Shown in pieces: positions 27,805-36,660 of a stretch of DNA of 64,000 nucleotides. Below the pieces are notes generated by a model, which saw only the letters and a list, made by a program, of their open reading frames with translations, was not told where the DNA came from and made no database searches. Source of the stretch: Candidatus Eiseniibacteriota bacterium (GTDB taxonomy: Bacteria; Eisenbacteria; RBG-16-71-46; CAZEPH01); NCBI GenBank assembly GCA_044229145.1, contig JBGATO010000001.1, forward strand, positions 1 through 64,000. Direction: 5' to 3'. Position numbers and translations under genes: made by a program. Every line of letters begins with the position of its first letter. Within the stretch, counting starts at the first letter, position 1.

Positions 27805-28188
27805 TTACCAGTGAATGACGCGCTGGTAGCTGTCGTACAGCTTGCCCAACCAGCCGCGCGGCAGGTGCTGCAAGCCCGGAATCATGTCGTCCTTGAAGAT
27901 GCCGCGATCCGCCGCGTCGTCGACGACGATGTACACGGTGACGCGGTTGGCCATCAGCGCGCGGATCTCGTTCTCGCCGTTCGGCCCCACCGCGACGTCC
28001 TTCATGCCGATGGTGAGACGCGGCTGCTTCTGGTGGTGCACGCCGTACACCACCGCGTTGCCGCGCAGCAACACGCCGACGCCGACGCCGGCATTGCGCA
28101 ACGCGTGCGTGAACCACAGGCCGGTGTCGCACTGCTCCTCGTGCACCGCGCGATACGGGGTCTCGATCACACTCAGGTAACGGTTCAT
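27805..28188 (-). CDS. DsrF/TusC-like protein
   Basis: 127 aa; 'VIETPY', 'VLLRGNAVVY', 'VYIVVDDAADRGI', ends 'YQRVIHW'. Confidence 0.62.
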   Translation of the reverse strand: MNRYLSVIETPYRAVHEEQCDTGLWFTHALRNAGVGVGVLLRGNAVVYGVHHQKQPRLTIGMKDVAVGPNGENEIRALMANRVTVYIVVDDAADRGIFKDDMIPGLQHLPRGWLGKLYDSYQRVIHW

Positions 28189-28196
28189 GGAGTCCC

Positions 28197-28601
28197 TCAC
28201 TTCGTCGGGATGAAGAGGAAGCCGTCGGAGGCGTCGGCCAGGTCGATGAGGTCCTTCGGGGCGCCCGCGCTGGTGCCATCGAGTTGCGCGCCAAGGCCGC
28301 GTTCCTCGATGCAGAGGCCGCAGTTGGTCCAGGTCAGCTTCACGCCCTTGGTGCGCGCGAGCGCCTGCAGCGACTCCACCCACTCCCGTGTCGTCGGGTG
28401 ATCCATCTCTTCCACCGACGCGCCAGTCACCGGGTCCGCGTGACGCGCCAGGCCCATCGACGTCAGGCCGACGGCACCTTCGTACGCGAACACGTTCACG
28501 TTGTGCCCCTTGCGCAGGGCGGCGTCGATCAGGCGGAACGCGGTGGTGATGTTCTCCGCCTCCAGCGGCGGATCCATGATTCCGATCGTGATGGTTGCCA
28601 T
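28197..28601 (-). CDS. DsrE/TusD-like protein with CxxC
   Basis: 134 aa; 'DPP...TAFRLIDAALRKGHNVNVFAYEGAV', 'NCGLCIEERG'. Confidence 0.75.
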   Translation of the reverse strand: MATITIGIMDPPLEAENITTAFRLIDAALRKGHNVNVFAYEGAVGLTSMGLARHADPVTGASVEEMDHPTTREWVESLQALARTKGVKLTWTNCGLCIEERGLGAQLDGTSAGAPKDLIDLADASDGFLFIPTK

Positions 28602-28619
28602 CTCGGGTCTCTCTCCGCT

Positions 28620-28943
28620 CTAGTGCCAGATGACCTTGTCACCGGCCGCGAGGGCATCGATGACCGTGTCCGCCGTGCCGACCTTCACCGAGGGAATCAT
28701 CTGCTCCCAGGTGATCGACCGCTCCGCCAGCGAGAAATCGTCGGCATACACGGTGATGGCGTGCGCCACCGCGCCGAGGCCGAGATCCTTCGCGCCGCGC
28801 CGCGCCGACAGCACCCCGTTCTGCACGAGGTAGAGCGAGACTTCATTGCCGCAGTCCAGCAGTTCCCGCACGAGTGTGTAGATGTACTGCGCATCGGCAG
28901 ACTCGAACGGGCTCCGCGACTGGACGAGCAGATATTTCGCCAT
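28620..28943 (-). CDS. DsrH/TusB-like protein
   Basis: 107 aa; 'SRSPFES', 'LVQNGVL', 'VYADDFSLAERSI', ends 'KVIWH'. Confidence 0.68.
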   Translation of the reverse strand: MAKYLLVQSRSPFESADAQYIYTLVRELLDCGNEVSLYLVQNGVLSARRGAKDLGLGAVAHAITVYADDFSLAERSITWEQMIPSVKVGTADTVIDALAAGDKVIWH

Positions 28944-29177
28944 GACGTGTGCCTCTCGGAACGATCGTGAGCCGCGAACGCGTGCGCCGGATATGTGACC
29001 GACCGGACGCGGGCGTTGGGGCGGCGAGACAGTCGCACGGAATACGCCGCGTGCGCGCACGGAGCGGCCGCGGCGATGGATGGGTGTCTGAGTTATATCG
29101 GCAGCGTATGGACGAGTCCAGGTGTCCTTCGGTCTACTTCAGGACCACAGGCAGGCATTCGCACGTCAACTCGCGAG

Positions 29178-29252
29178 TGGTAGCGCTACGGGGAGTCGAA
29201 CCCCGGTCTGATGGCTGAGAACCACCTGTCCTAACCACTAGACGATAGCGCC
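29178..29252 (-). tRNA. tRNA-Glu(CTC)
   Basis: GGCGCTATCGTCTAGTGG...anticodon loop TT-CTC-AG...GGTTCGACTCC...TACCA. Confidence 0.95.
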
Positions 29253-29314
29253 ACCGTCGGACCGCGCGGCGGGTGCCGCGCGGGGATCATCGCGGAGATC
29301 TCCGGAGATCCAAA

Positions 29315-29337
29315 GGGAGCCGAACTCGTCGGCTCCC
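29315..29337 (-). terminator. Terminator-like hairpin after tRNA-Ala
   Basis: 9-bp stem GGGAGCCGA/TCGGCTCCC followed by TTT on the minus strand. Confidence 0.5.
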
Positions 29338-29386
29338 CCACTGCGTCGGTCGGGTGGAGGATCGCCTCCCCCGAAAAGGGCGGCGT

Positions 29387-29462
29387 TGGTGGAGCTGAGG
29401 GGGTTCGAACCCCTGACCCCAAGACTGCCAGCCTTGTGCTCTCCCAGCTGAGCTACAGCCCC
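29387..29462 (-). tRNA. tRNA-Ala(GGC)
   Basis: GGGGCTGTAGCTCAG..., anticodon loop CT-GGC-AG, G3:U70 pair, CCA end. Confidence 0.96.
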
Positions 29463-29482
29463 GCCGTGCCAACGCGCGAGGA

Positions 29483-29511
29483 AATCTATCGGCCGCAGGG
29501 CCACGCGTCAA
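29483..29511 (-). promoter_or_regulatory. tRNA promoter TTGACG-17-TAGATT
   Basis: -35 at 29506-29511, -10 at 29483-29488. Confidence 0.65.
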
Positions 29512-29547
29512 GCGCGATGTGCGGGGATGGCCCACGCGCCGGCTTGC

Positions 29548-29576
29548 TTGTCCGGGCACGGACGAATCGGTACGCT
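29548..29576 (+). promoter_or_regulatory. Promoter TTGTCC-17-TACGCT, 6 nt before rhomboid ATG
   Basis: -35 at 29548-29553, -10 at 29571-29576, ATG at 29583, no RBS. Confidence 0.5.
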
Positions 29577-29582
29577 GCGGAC

Positions 29583-30302
29583 ATGTTCCCGCTCAAGGAC
29601 GACAATCCGACCCGTCGCACCCCCGTGGTGACGGTGACGCTGATCGCGCTGAACGTCATCGTCTACCTGTGGGAAGCGCTGCTGCCCCCGGATCTCCGGC
29701 AGGCGGTGGTGTTCCGCTTCGGCGTCGTGCCTGCTCTGTTGAGCCACGCGGACACGGCCGCGCTGATGCCGCCGCCGGACTTGCCGCCCGTGCTGACACT
29801 GCTGACCTCGATGTTCCTCCACGGCGGCTTCCTGCACGTGGGCGGCAACATGCTGTACTTGTGGATCTTCGGCAACAACATCGAGGACGTGCTGGGACAC
29901 GCACGCTTCCTGTGTTTCTACCTGCTGTGCGGACTGATCGCGGCAGTCGCGCAGGTGGCGATGGCGCCGGCGTCCTTGGTGCCGATGGTCGGGGCCAGCG
30001 GGGCGATCGCCGGGGTGCTTGGCGGCTACGCGGTGCGCTTTCCGCGGGCTCGCGTCCTCACCGTGATCCCGATCATCTTCCTGCTCCAGTTGACGTGGGT
30101 CCCGGCGATCCTCGTGCTCGGGTTGTGGTTCGTCCTGCAGTTGTTCAACGGTCTCGGCGGGCTGGCCGACGTGCGCGCGACGCGCGGCATGAGTGGCGGT
30201 GTGGCGTTCTTCGCGCACATTGGGGGCTTCGTGGCGGGCATGCTGCTGCTTCGCGTCTTCGAGCCGCCGGCGGCGCGATCGCGCGTCCGCGTGGTCGAGT
30301 GA
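29583..30302 (+). CDS. Rhomboid intramembrane serine protease
   Basis: 'MFPLKDDNPT', 'SMFLHGGFLHVGGNMLYL', 'GASGAIAG', 'AHIGGF'. Confidence 0.92.
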   Translation: MFPLKDDNPTRRTPVVTVTLIALNVIVYLWEALLPPDLRQAVVFRFGVVPALLSHADTAALMPPPDLPPVLTLLTSMFLHGGFLHVGGNMLYLWIFGNNIEDVLGHARFLCFYLLCGLIAAVAQVAMAPASLVPMVGASGAIAGVLGGYAVRFPRARVLTVIPIIFLLQLTWVPAILVLGLWFVLQLFNGLGGLADVRATRGMSGGVAFFAHIGGFVAGMLLLRVFEPPAARSRVRVVE

Positions 30303-30313
30303 TGCCGCGCGTC

Positions 30314-30343
30314 TTGACAGTGCGGGGCCCGGTTCGGTAGCGT
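30314..30343 (+). promoter_or_regulatory. tRNA-Leu promoter TTGACA-18-TAGCGT
   Basis: Directly upstream of the tRNA. Confidence 0.55.
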
Positions 30344-30360
30344 CCGTGCTCCGCAGTTGG

Positions 30361-30447
30361 GCCGGAGTGGTGAAATTGGTAGACGCGCGGGACTCAAAAT
30401 CCCGTGGGGGCAACTCCGTGTCGGTTCGAGTCCGACCTCCGGCACCA
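30361..30447 (+). tRNA. tRNA-Leu(CAA)
   Basis: GCCGGAGTGGTGAAATTGG..., loop CT-CAA-AA, long variable arm, GGTTCGAGTCC, CCA end. Confidence 0.96.
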
Positions 30448-30531
30448 TCCCTTCGATCGTCCTGCAAGCGCCGGTTGACACCGCCGATAATTCTGGCACG
30501 CTCGACGTGGGGCGCGCCGCCCCGACGTGCC

Positions 30532-31281
30532 GTGACCTCTCGCTCGGAGGATGCCATCTCGTTCCGTGTCACCATCCGCCCTGCTTCGTGGGGCTCGCGC
30601 CACCTCGCCGTGTGTGCCGCGGCCCTGGTGCTCACCGCCGCGCGGCTCGCCGTGTCGTATAGCCCAGCGCCCCCGATCCCCAGCACCGGCGCCCCCAACG
30701 AGCCGAGCACCACGCAGTGCATCCACTGCCACAACGACGCGCCGCTCGACAGCGGCGGCGGCACCCTTTCGGTCAGCACCGGAAGCGACAGCTTCTCCAC
30801 CGGGCTGTCCTATACGGTGACGGTGCATCTCGCCGAAGCCGCCAAGCAGCGCTGGGGCTTCGAAGTCGTCGCACGCACGCCCGACGGCCAGAACGCGGGA
30901 TTCTTCGGCTCGCTCGACTCCACCACGAGCGTGCAGCGCGACACCAATACCGACGCGGGATTGCTCTATGCCTACCAGAGCGTCAAGGGCACGTTCGCAG
31001 GGCAACCCAGCGCCACGTGGACACTGGCGTGGACCGCGCCGACCGATCCCGCGGTGACGCAGGTGACGTTCTACGCGGCCGGCGTCGCCGCCGACGGACT
31101 CGGCGATTCCGAACCGGCGGGCGACGACGTCTACCAGACCACCGCCACCATCGCGCTGGCGTCCACCGCGACACGCGCCACCACGTGGGGTCGCATCAAG
31201 GCTCTCTACCGCGACGGTGTTCCCTCTGGCACTCCGCGAAGCGCGCCACGCGCGGCCTGCACTCGCCCGACGACCTCCTAA
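30532..31281 (+). CDS. Exported CxxCH Reeler-like (choice-of-anchor V-like) protein with TWGxIK motif
   Basis: Signal-like segment, 'TGAP...CIHCH', 'WGFE', 'WTAP', 'FYAAGVAADG', 'TTWGRIKALYR'; start uncertain (GTG 30532 or 30610). Confidence 0.7.
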   Translation: MTSRSEDAISFRVTIRPASWGSRHLAVCAAALVLTAARLAVSYSPAPPIPSTGAPNEPSTTQCIHCHNDAPLDSGGGTLSVSTGSDSFSTGLSYTVTVHLAEAAKQRWGFEVVARTPDGQNAGFFGSLDSTTSVQRDTNTDAGLLYAYQSVKGTFAGQPSATWTLAWTAPTDPAVTQVTFYAAGVAADGLGDSEPAGDDVYQTTATIALASTATRATTWGRIKALYRDGVPSGTPRSAPRAACTRPTTS

Positions 31282-31289
31282 CCGTGTCG

Positions 31290-32258
31290 ATGACGATCCT
31301 GGTGCTGTCGCGGTTTGGACCGCGACTCGAGCCTCTCGTGCGCGCCGGTTTGCCGGCCGTCGCAGGGCCGGGCGCCGCCGCACCGGGCACCCCGCTCCAA
31401 TTGGCGGTGGCAACGTCGTTCCGCGATCTCCCCCCGTCGCTCGAGGATGTCGAAATCGTCCTGACGTTTCATCTCCCCGACGGATTCGCGAGGCGCGCGC
31501 CGCGCCTGCGCTGGGTTCAGTCGACAGGCGCTGGAGTCGACCGCATCCTCGCGAGCGGGTTGCCGGAGCAGGTGCGGGTGTCCCGCATGGTTGGCAGTTT
31601 CGGGCGGCCGCTCAGCGAGTACGCCTTGAGCGCGGCACTTGCCCACACGCAGCGGCACGCGGTGGCGGCCGCGCAACAGGCCGCGCACAGCTGGCAGGGC
31701 TACGAGCCCGCGTCGCTGGCGGGATCGCGCGTCGGCATCCTCGGCGCGGGCGAGATCGGCCGGGAGATCGGCGCGGTGTTCGCCGCGTGCGGGGCGCGCG
31801 TCTCGGGGCTCCGGCGCCGCGGTGGCGCTGCGGAGGCGCCGTTCGAGTCGATGTACGCGGCAGACGACCTGCACGCGTTCCTGCGCGGCCTCGACTTCCT
31901 GATCGTCGTCGCGCCGCTCACGCCGGACACGCGCGGGATGCTCGATGCCGCAGCGCTCGCGCAGTTGCCGCCGCACGCCTATCTCATCAACATCGCCCGC
32001 GGCGAACTGCTCGACGACGAGGCACTTCTCGATGCGCTCCGTGGCGGCCGGCTCGCGGGTGCGGCCCTCGACGTGTTCGCCACCGAACCCTTGCCGGCAG
32101 AGCACCCATATTGGACGGCGCCGGGGGTGCGCGTCACGCCGCACGTCGCCGGCATCTCCGAAGTGCCGGACATGGCGGCGCAGTTCCTGGCCAACCTGCA
32201 GCGCTACATGGACGGCGCACCGCTCGCCCATCAGGTGGATCGCGGCCGCGGCTACTGA
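31290..32258 (+). CDS. D-2-hydroxyacid dehydrogenase (GhrA-like)
   Basis: 'GAGVD', 'GAGEIG', 'PLTPDT', 'NIARG', 'LDVFATEPLP', 'TPHVAG'. Confidence 0.9.
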   Translation: MTILVLSRFGPRLEPLVRAGLPAVAGPGAAAPGTPLQLAVATSFRDLPPSLEDVEIVLTFHLPDGFARRAPRLRWVQSTGAGVDRILASGLPEQVRVSRMVGSFGRPLSEYALSAALAHTQRHAVAAAQQAAHSWQGYEPASLAGSRVGILGAGEIGREIGAVFAACGARVSGLRRRGGAAEAPFESMYAADDLHAFLRGLDFLIVVAPLTPDTRGMLDAAALAQLPPHAYLINIARGELLDDEALLDALRGGRLAGAALDVFATEPLPAEHPYWTAPGVRVTPHVAGISEVPDMAAQFLANLQRYMDGAPLAHQVDRGRGY

Positions 32259-32267
32259 AGCGCGCGG

Positions 32268-33134
32268 TCAGCCGCCGAGACTGCTGTCGGCCCGCACCGA
32301 GTCTGGCGGAGCCAATACCGGCGCCACGCTGTCGGTCCGCACACTGTCCACCGGCGCCGCGAGGACTGGTGTCACCGGGCGCGGCGGCCGCGTGCCAGCC
32401 AGTTGCCACGGCGCGTTGCGCAACTCCGCGTAGGTCGCCCGCGAGATTGCCCCACCTTGCCGCAACCGCAGCAGCACGGTGTTGTAGCGTCGCACCAGGC
32501 GCGCCGGCCGCTTCGCCGGATTGTCACGCCGCGGGCTCGGAATCAGCGCGGTGAGCAGCGCCGCCTGCTGCGCGTTCACCTGTGAGGCATGCACGCCGAA
32601 GTAGTGCAGCGATGCCGCCTCGGCGCCGTAGATGCCGTCGCCCCACTCGATCACGTTGAGATAGATCTCGAGGATGCGCTGCTTCGACAAGCGGCGATCG
32701 AGTTCGACCGCGAGCAGCGCTTCCTCTGCCTTGCGCAAGAGCGTGCGGGACGTTTCGAGATAGAGGTTCTTCGCCAGTTGCTGGGTGATCGTGCTGCCGC
32801 CGCGGACGATCTTGCCGCGCTTCCAATTCGCCTTGGCGCTCGCTTGGATCTCCTTCACGTCGAGCCCGCCGTGCTGGTAGAAGCGCGCGTCCTCGCTGGC
32901 GATCACCGCGCGGCGCAGGATCGGCGCGATGCGCGTGAGTGGCACCCAGCGATAGTCGCGCTTGGGCGTTCGGCCGGCGTCGCGCGCCTCGCGTTCGCGT
33001 TGCCGCATGACACTGGTCTCGCGCGGGGCCTCGGTGGCTAGACGATCGACGTCGAGGATGCTGGCCGCGCGCACGGGTGCCGGCACGCACGCCACGATCC
33101 ACAGCACGACGATTCCCCATGCAACGCGACGCAC
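32268..33134 (-). CDS. mtgA: Monofunctional peptidoglycan transglycosylase
   Basis: 'EDARFYQHGG', 'GGSTITQQLAKNL', 'RKAEE', 'YLNVIEWG'; GTG at 33134 with GAGGAGG RBS. Confidence 0.9.
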   Translation of the reverse strand: MRRVAWGIVVLWIVACVPAPVRAASILDVDRLATEAPRETSVMRQREREARDAGRTPKRDYRWVPLTRIAPILRRAVIASEDARFYQHGGLDVKEIQASAKANWKRGKIVRGGSTITQQLAKNLYLETSRTLLRKAEEALLAVELDRRLSKQRILEIYLNVIEWGDGIYGAEAASLHYFGVHASQVNAQQAALLTALIPSPRRDNPAKRPARLVRRYNTVLLRLRQGGAISRATYAELRNAPWQLAGTRPPRPVTPVLAAPVDSVRTDSVAPVLAPPDSVRADSSLGG

Positions 33135-33186
33135 GCGCTCCTCCTCGATGACGCAACCCCCGGACGGCACGAGGCCATCCGGGGGC

Positions 33187-33216
33187 AGACTAGGCAGCGC
33201 GGTGCGCCGTCGTCAA
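33187..33216 (-). promoter_or_regulatory. mtgA promoter TTGACG-18-TAGTCT
   Basis: -35 at 33211-33216, -10 at 33187-33192. Confidence 0.5.
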
Positions 33217-33229
33217 TCGTCGGGCGCGC

Positions 33230-34480
33230 TCAGAATTCGAACCCGAAGCTGGCGCCCACGCCGACGCCGCGCGTCGACGCCGAAGAGGTCCCACCATAAT
33301 GCACGGCCGCCAGGTCGAGCCGCATCGGTCCGGGGGCGAGACCGATGCCGCCGCTGAGCCGCGTGCCGGTCGCGCCGGCGTGGCCGTAGCCGCCGCGCAG
33401 CCGCAGAATTCCGGCGGGCCACAGCTCCGCGCCCACCGCGATGTCCGAGCCGGTGCGCACGCCCACCGACGACCGCACGACGTACGCGAGATCGGCGCTC
33501 ACCGCGAGCGGTCCGAGACGCCGCGACACGCCGCCGCGCACCGTGGTCGGCAACTGCACGTCATACTCCGGCGACGGCGTCGAGTCCGACTGGCTCGTCA
33601 CGAAGTCCGCGCCACTCGCATCGTCGAGCGTCACCGTGGTCGCCGACACCGTGTTGTGGTAGTCGGTGCCCTCGGTGAAGTGCAGCGAGCCGAAGCCGCT
33701 CACGCTGACCCCGAACCGCGTGCCTTTGAGCGTCTCGCCCGCCAGTCCGATGCTTGCCGTGTAGCCCTTGCCGGTCTCGCCGACCCGCGCATCGATCACA
33801 CCGTTGCCGAGAAACGCCGACGAGGTCGTGGCGATCGCGCCAGTCGCATGCATCACCGTCGCGTGCTTGGCGATCAGGATGTCCTCGAACGATGCGCCGA
33901 GACTCAGCGCCTTCATCGACTTTCCTGCCGGCAGGCGCAACGCGTACGCCGCAACTACACCGCCGTACGCGAGCCCGTTGCCGTCGGTCCCGTCGAAGCT
34001 GTAGGTGCGGTCGAGCGCATTGCCGTAGAGCGCGAGATCCGCGAGATCCTTCGGCAGCGCCGCGTTGCCGAACCCGGCGACATGACTGGTGAGCGCGAAC
34101 GACCCGATGCTGAATCCGAGCGCCTGCCCCTCCCCGTCGGCGTCGAGCCGCAAGCCATCCGTCGGGATCGCCGCCAGCACGTCCTGCTTCAGCGCGTCAT
34201 CGAGGAACTGCCCGTTGACCTTGTTGTAGAGGCCGAGGGACAGCCCATTGGTGGCGGCATTCGCGCTCACCGAGCCGAGCGTGAGGGCGAATGACGGATG
34301 CTCCGGCAAGGCGAGCGTCGCGGGGTTCCACAGCGCCGCCTCGGGACCGCTCGCCCGCATGCTGTACGCACCGCCGAGCGCGGAGGCCACCGACCCGGCG
34401 CTCCCGGCCTCGGCTCCGCTCACGACCGCCACGAACGTCACGCCACACAGAACGGCGGCGGCAAGAGTGTGTCGTCTCAT
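33230..34480 (-). CDS. Outer-membrane beta-barrel (FadL/PorV/DUF5723-like)
   Basis: Signal peptide; 'ALGGAY...EAALWNPATL'; 'LRLRGGY'; terminal 'FGFEF'. Confidence 0.68.
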   Translation of the reverse strand: MRRHTLAAAVLCGVTFVAVVSGAEAGSAGSVASALGGAYSMRASGPEAALWNPATLALPEHPSFALTLGSVSANAATNGLSLGLYNKVNGQFLDDALKQDVLAAIPTDGLRLDADGEGQALGFSIGSFALTSHVAGFGNAALPKDLADLALYGNALDRTYSFDGTDGNGLAYGGVVAAYALRLPAGKSMKALSLGASFEDILIAKHATVMHATGAIATTSSAFLGNGVIDARVGETGKGYTASIGLAGETLKGTRFGVSVSGFGSLHFTEGTDYHNTVSATTVTLDDASGADFVTSQSDSTPSPEYDVQLPTTVRGGVSRRLGPLAVSADLAYVVRSSVGVRTGSDIAVGAELWPAGILRLRGGYGHAGATGTRLSGGIGLAPGPMRLDLAAVHYGGTSSASTRGVGVGASFGFEF

Positions 34481-36501
34481 TGGCTGATCCTCGCGGTGGC
34501 TTGGATGCGGGCCTGGACGATCACCGCATCGCTCGGAAAGACGTTCACCGTGCCGCTGGTGGCGGGCAGGTGGAGGAAGGTGGCGACATAGACATTCGGC
34601 TGCGTGAGGATGGCGACGTCGTCGCCGTTCACCGCGAGATCGATCGTCGAGCGGCCGGGCTGATGCGTCGACCCGGATGCCGCGGCGACGCTGCCGTGCA
34701 GCACCAGCGTCTGTCCGCTCACCGCGAGCGAGTCCACCGCACCCTGCCGCGTGCGCGACACCGCGACGGTGACCGAGGCGCCGAGCGGCAGTCCGTTGGT
34801 GACGTCGGCCAGCAGGTGGATCGCCTGGACGCGCTTCTGCAACTGCTCGCGGGTGTCCTGCGACACCGAGACGGTGTCGACGGTGCCCGCCAACGTCACC
34901 GGCGAGGTCACGGCGAGCGACACCGGCACGTCGACGCGCAGGTCGCCGCTCACCACGTCGGTCGCGGAGACGCTGCCGGAGGTCTGACCATCGCCCACCA
35001 GCGCGCTGCCGCTCACCACGATGCGGGTCGGCAAACGGCTGACGAAGGCCGCCAGGTTGGAGTTGGTTTCGTCGAGGACGAGCGTGCCTCCGACGCCCGG
35101 CGTGAGGGCCAGCGTCACCGGCGGCAGGTTGGTGCCGTTCTGGGTCAGCGTGAACGCGTTGTTCTGCGCGTCGTAGCCGGTCACCCACAACTGCACGGTG
35201 CCGGGCACGTTCGCCGTGGTGTGCAGGGTGAGTGTCGCCTTGGCGTGCGGAATCGACACGTGCGAGAGCCCGCTCGGCACGTCGACATCGATCGACTGGT
35301 CGCTGAGCGCGACGCGCGTCGAGTCGAGAACACCGGTGGCAGACTGCAATACCATGCCGCTGCCGTTCGCCGACACCGAGACGCTGTTCGACGACTGCAC
35401 GCTCACCGCGTTCGCCGTGGCGTTGGTGTGCGCATCGACGTCGACGGTGAAGCGATTCGCCACCGCGCTGGTGTAGTCGAGTCCACTGAGCGGCACCGTC
35501 GCCGTGGCATTCCCGTTGGCCGGCACCGACAGGTGCGCGACGTACGGCTGCCCGGTGGACGGCGTCGTCAGCTCGCGGATCGTCAGGTCCATCATCCCCG
35601 CGAGCGGCGAAGCATTGTGCGTCGTGAGGACGAGCGAGCCGGACGCGAAGCGCGCCGCGGTGACCGACCCATTGCTCTGCACCGTGCTACTCAGCGTCCG
35701 CGAGAAGGTCTGCGACGGCAGTTGCGCGGTGGCCTGCACCGCCTCGATGCCGCCGGTGAACGCCGCGGTCACCTGCAGTTCGTTCGTCCCCAGCGCCACG
35801 GTGCCGCCGTTGACGTGGCCGTCGACGGATATCAACAACGTCTGTCCGATCGCCACGCTCGTCGCCGGCGACTGCGGCAGGGCGATCGCCGAGGTCATGG
35901 AGCCGCCCGCACTCAGCATGCCGCCGGGCGACCAGGTGAACAGCGTGGCGCCGCTCGTCTGGTCGTGCGCAGTCACCGTGATGCCGTCCACGGAAAGACC
36001 GAGGTTGTTGGTGAGCGTCACCGCCAGCGCGGCGCGCGTGAGCGTCGCCGACTGGAAGCCGTTGCCGGCGAGCGACACCGTGCGGTTGTCCGCGCTGAAC
36101 GCGAACGACGGCAGCGCCACCGAGCTGCTCTGCCCCGAGATCGACACCGGCGAGATCTCCGCCAGGCTCAGCGTGTGCTGCAACTGCGCCGGCGCGGTAA
36201 TGTCGAAGGTGTCGAGCGACGCGCTCACCGCCGGCGCGTCGAAGCGGTTCAGCGTCAGCGACGAACCGATGGCGGTCGTCGGCAAAGTCGACGTGATGTG
36301 GTAGGACACCTCGCCGCTCGTGGTGGCGAGTGCCGCGGTGCGATCGACGATTTCCTGGACCGTCGTGGTGTCGGGCTGGAACGGCACGTTGACCGTCGTG
36401 TCCCAGCTCGGCGCTTCCGGCGCCTTGATACCGCATCCCGCGACGCCGAGCGCCGCGAGGATCGCGCCGCAACTCACGAACGCGAGAGAGATGGCACGCA
36501 T
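34477..36501 (-). CDS. Large Ser/Thr/Val-rich beta-strand lipoprotein of unknown function
   Basis: Lipobox 'VAGC' then 'PSWDTTVNVP'; 674 aa; ATGA overlap with the barrel gene. Confidence 0.7.
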   Translation of the reverse strand: MRAISLAFVSCGAILAALGVAGCGIKAPEAPSWDTTVNVPFQPDTTTVQEIVDRTAALATTSGEVSYHITSTLPTTAIGSSLTLNRFDAPAVSASLDTFDITAPAQLQHTLSLAEISPVSISGQSSSVALPSFAFSADNRTVSLAGNGFQSATLTRAALAVTLTNNLGLSVDGITVTAHDQTSGATLFTWSPGGMLSAGGSMTSAIALPQSPATSVAIGQTLLISVDGHVNGGTVALGTNELQVTAAFTGGIEAVQATAQLPSQTFSRTLSSTVQSNGSVTAARFASGSLVLTTHNASPLAGMMDLTIRELTTPSTGQPYVAHLSVPANGNATATVPLSGLDYTSAVANRFTVDVDAHTNATANAVSVQSSNSVSVSANGSGMVLQSATGVLDSTRVALSDQSIDVDVPSGLSHVSIPHAKATLTLHTTANVPGTVQLWVTGYDAQNNAFTLTQNGTNLPPVTLALTPGVGGTLVLDETNSNLAAFVSRLPTRIVVSGSALVGDGQTSGSVSATDVVSGDLRVDVPVSLAVTSPVTLAGTVDTVSVSQDTREQLQKRVQAIHLLADVTNGLPLGASVTVAVSRTRQGAVDSLAVSGQTLVLHGSVAAASGSTHQPGRSTIDLAVNGDDVAILTQPNVYVATFLHLPATSGTVNVFPSDAVIVQARIQATARISQ

Positions 36502-36660
36502 CGCGCGCCCTCGTGGAGCCTGGCCCCTGTGCACACTGCGAGCAGCGTTCACCGGCCCTCCTTTCCCTGACATGTGTGGCGGAACTCAGCCCAAGAGGGG
36601 GCCATCTCGTCCCGTCGGCTTCCCTGACGATATGGAGCGTCTCTACACTGCCGGTGATCG

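Noticed and set aside
27805..29252. Dsr-like trio thiolating the adjacent tRNA-Glu
   Set aside because: The anticodon is CUC (C34), which is not a 2-thiouridine substrate.
29178..30447. tRNAs as integration sites for an island
   Set aside because: No integrase, no duplicated tRNA 3' end noticed and no composition shift.
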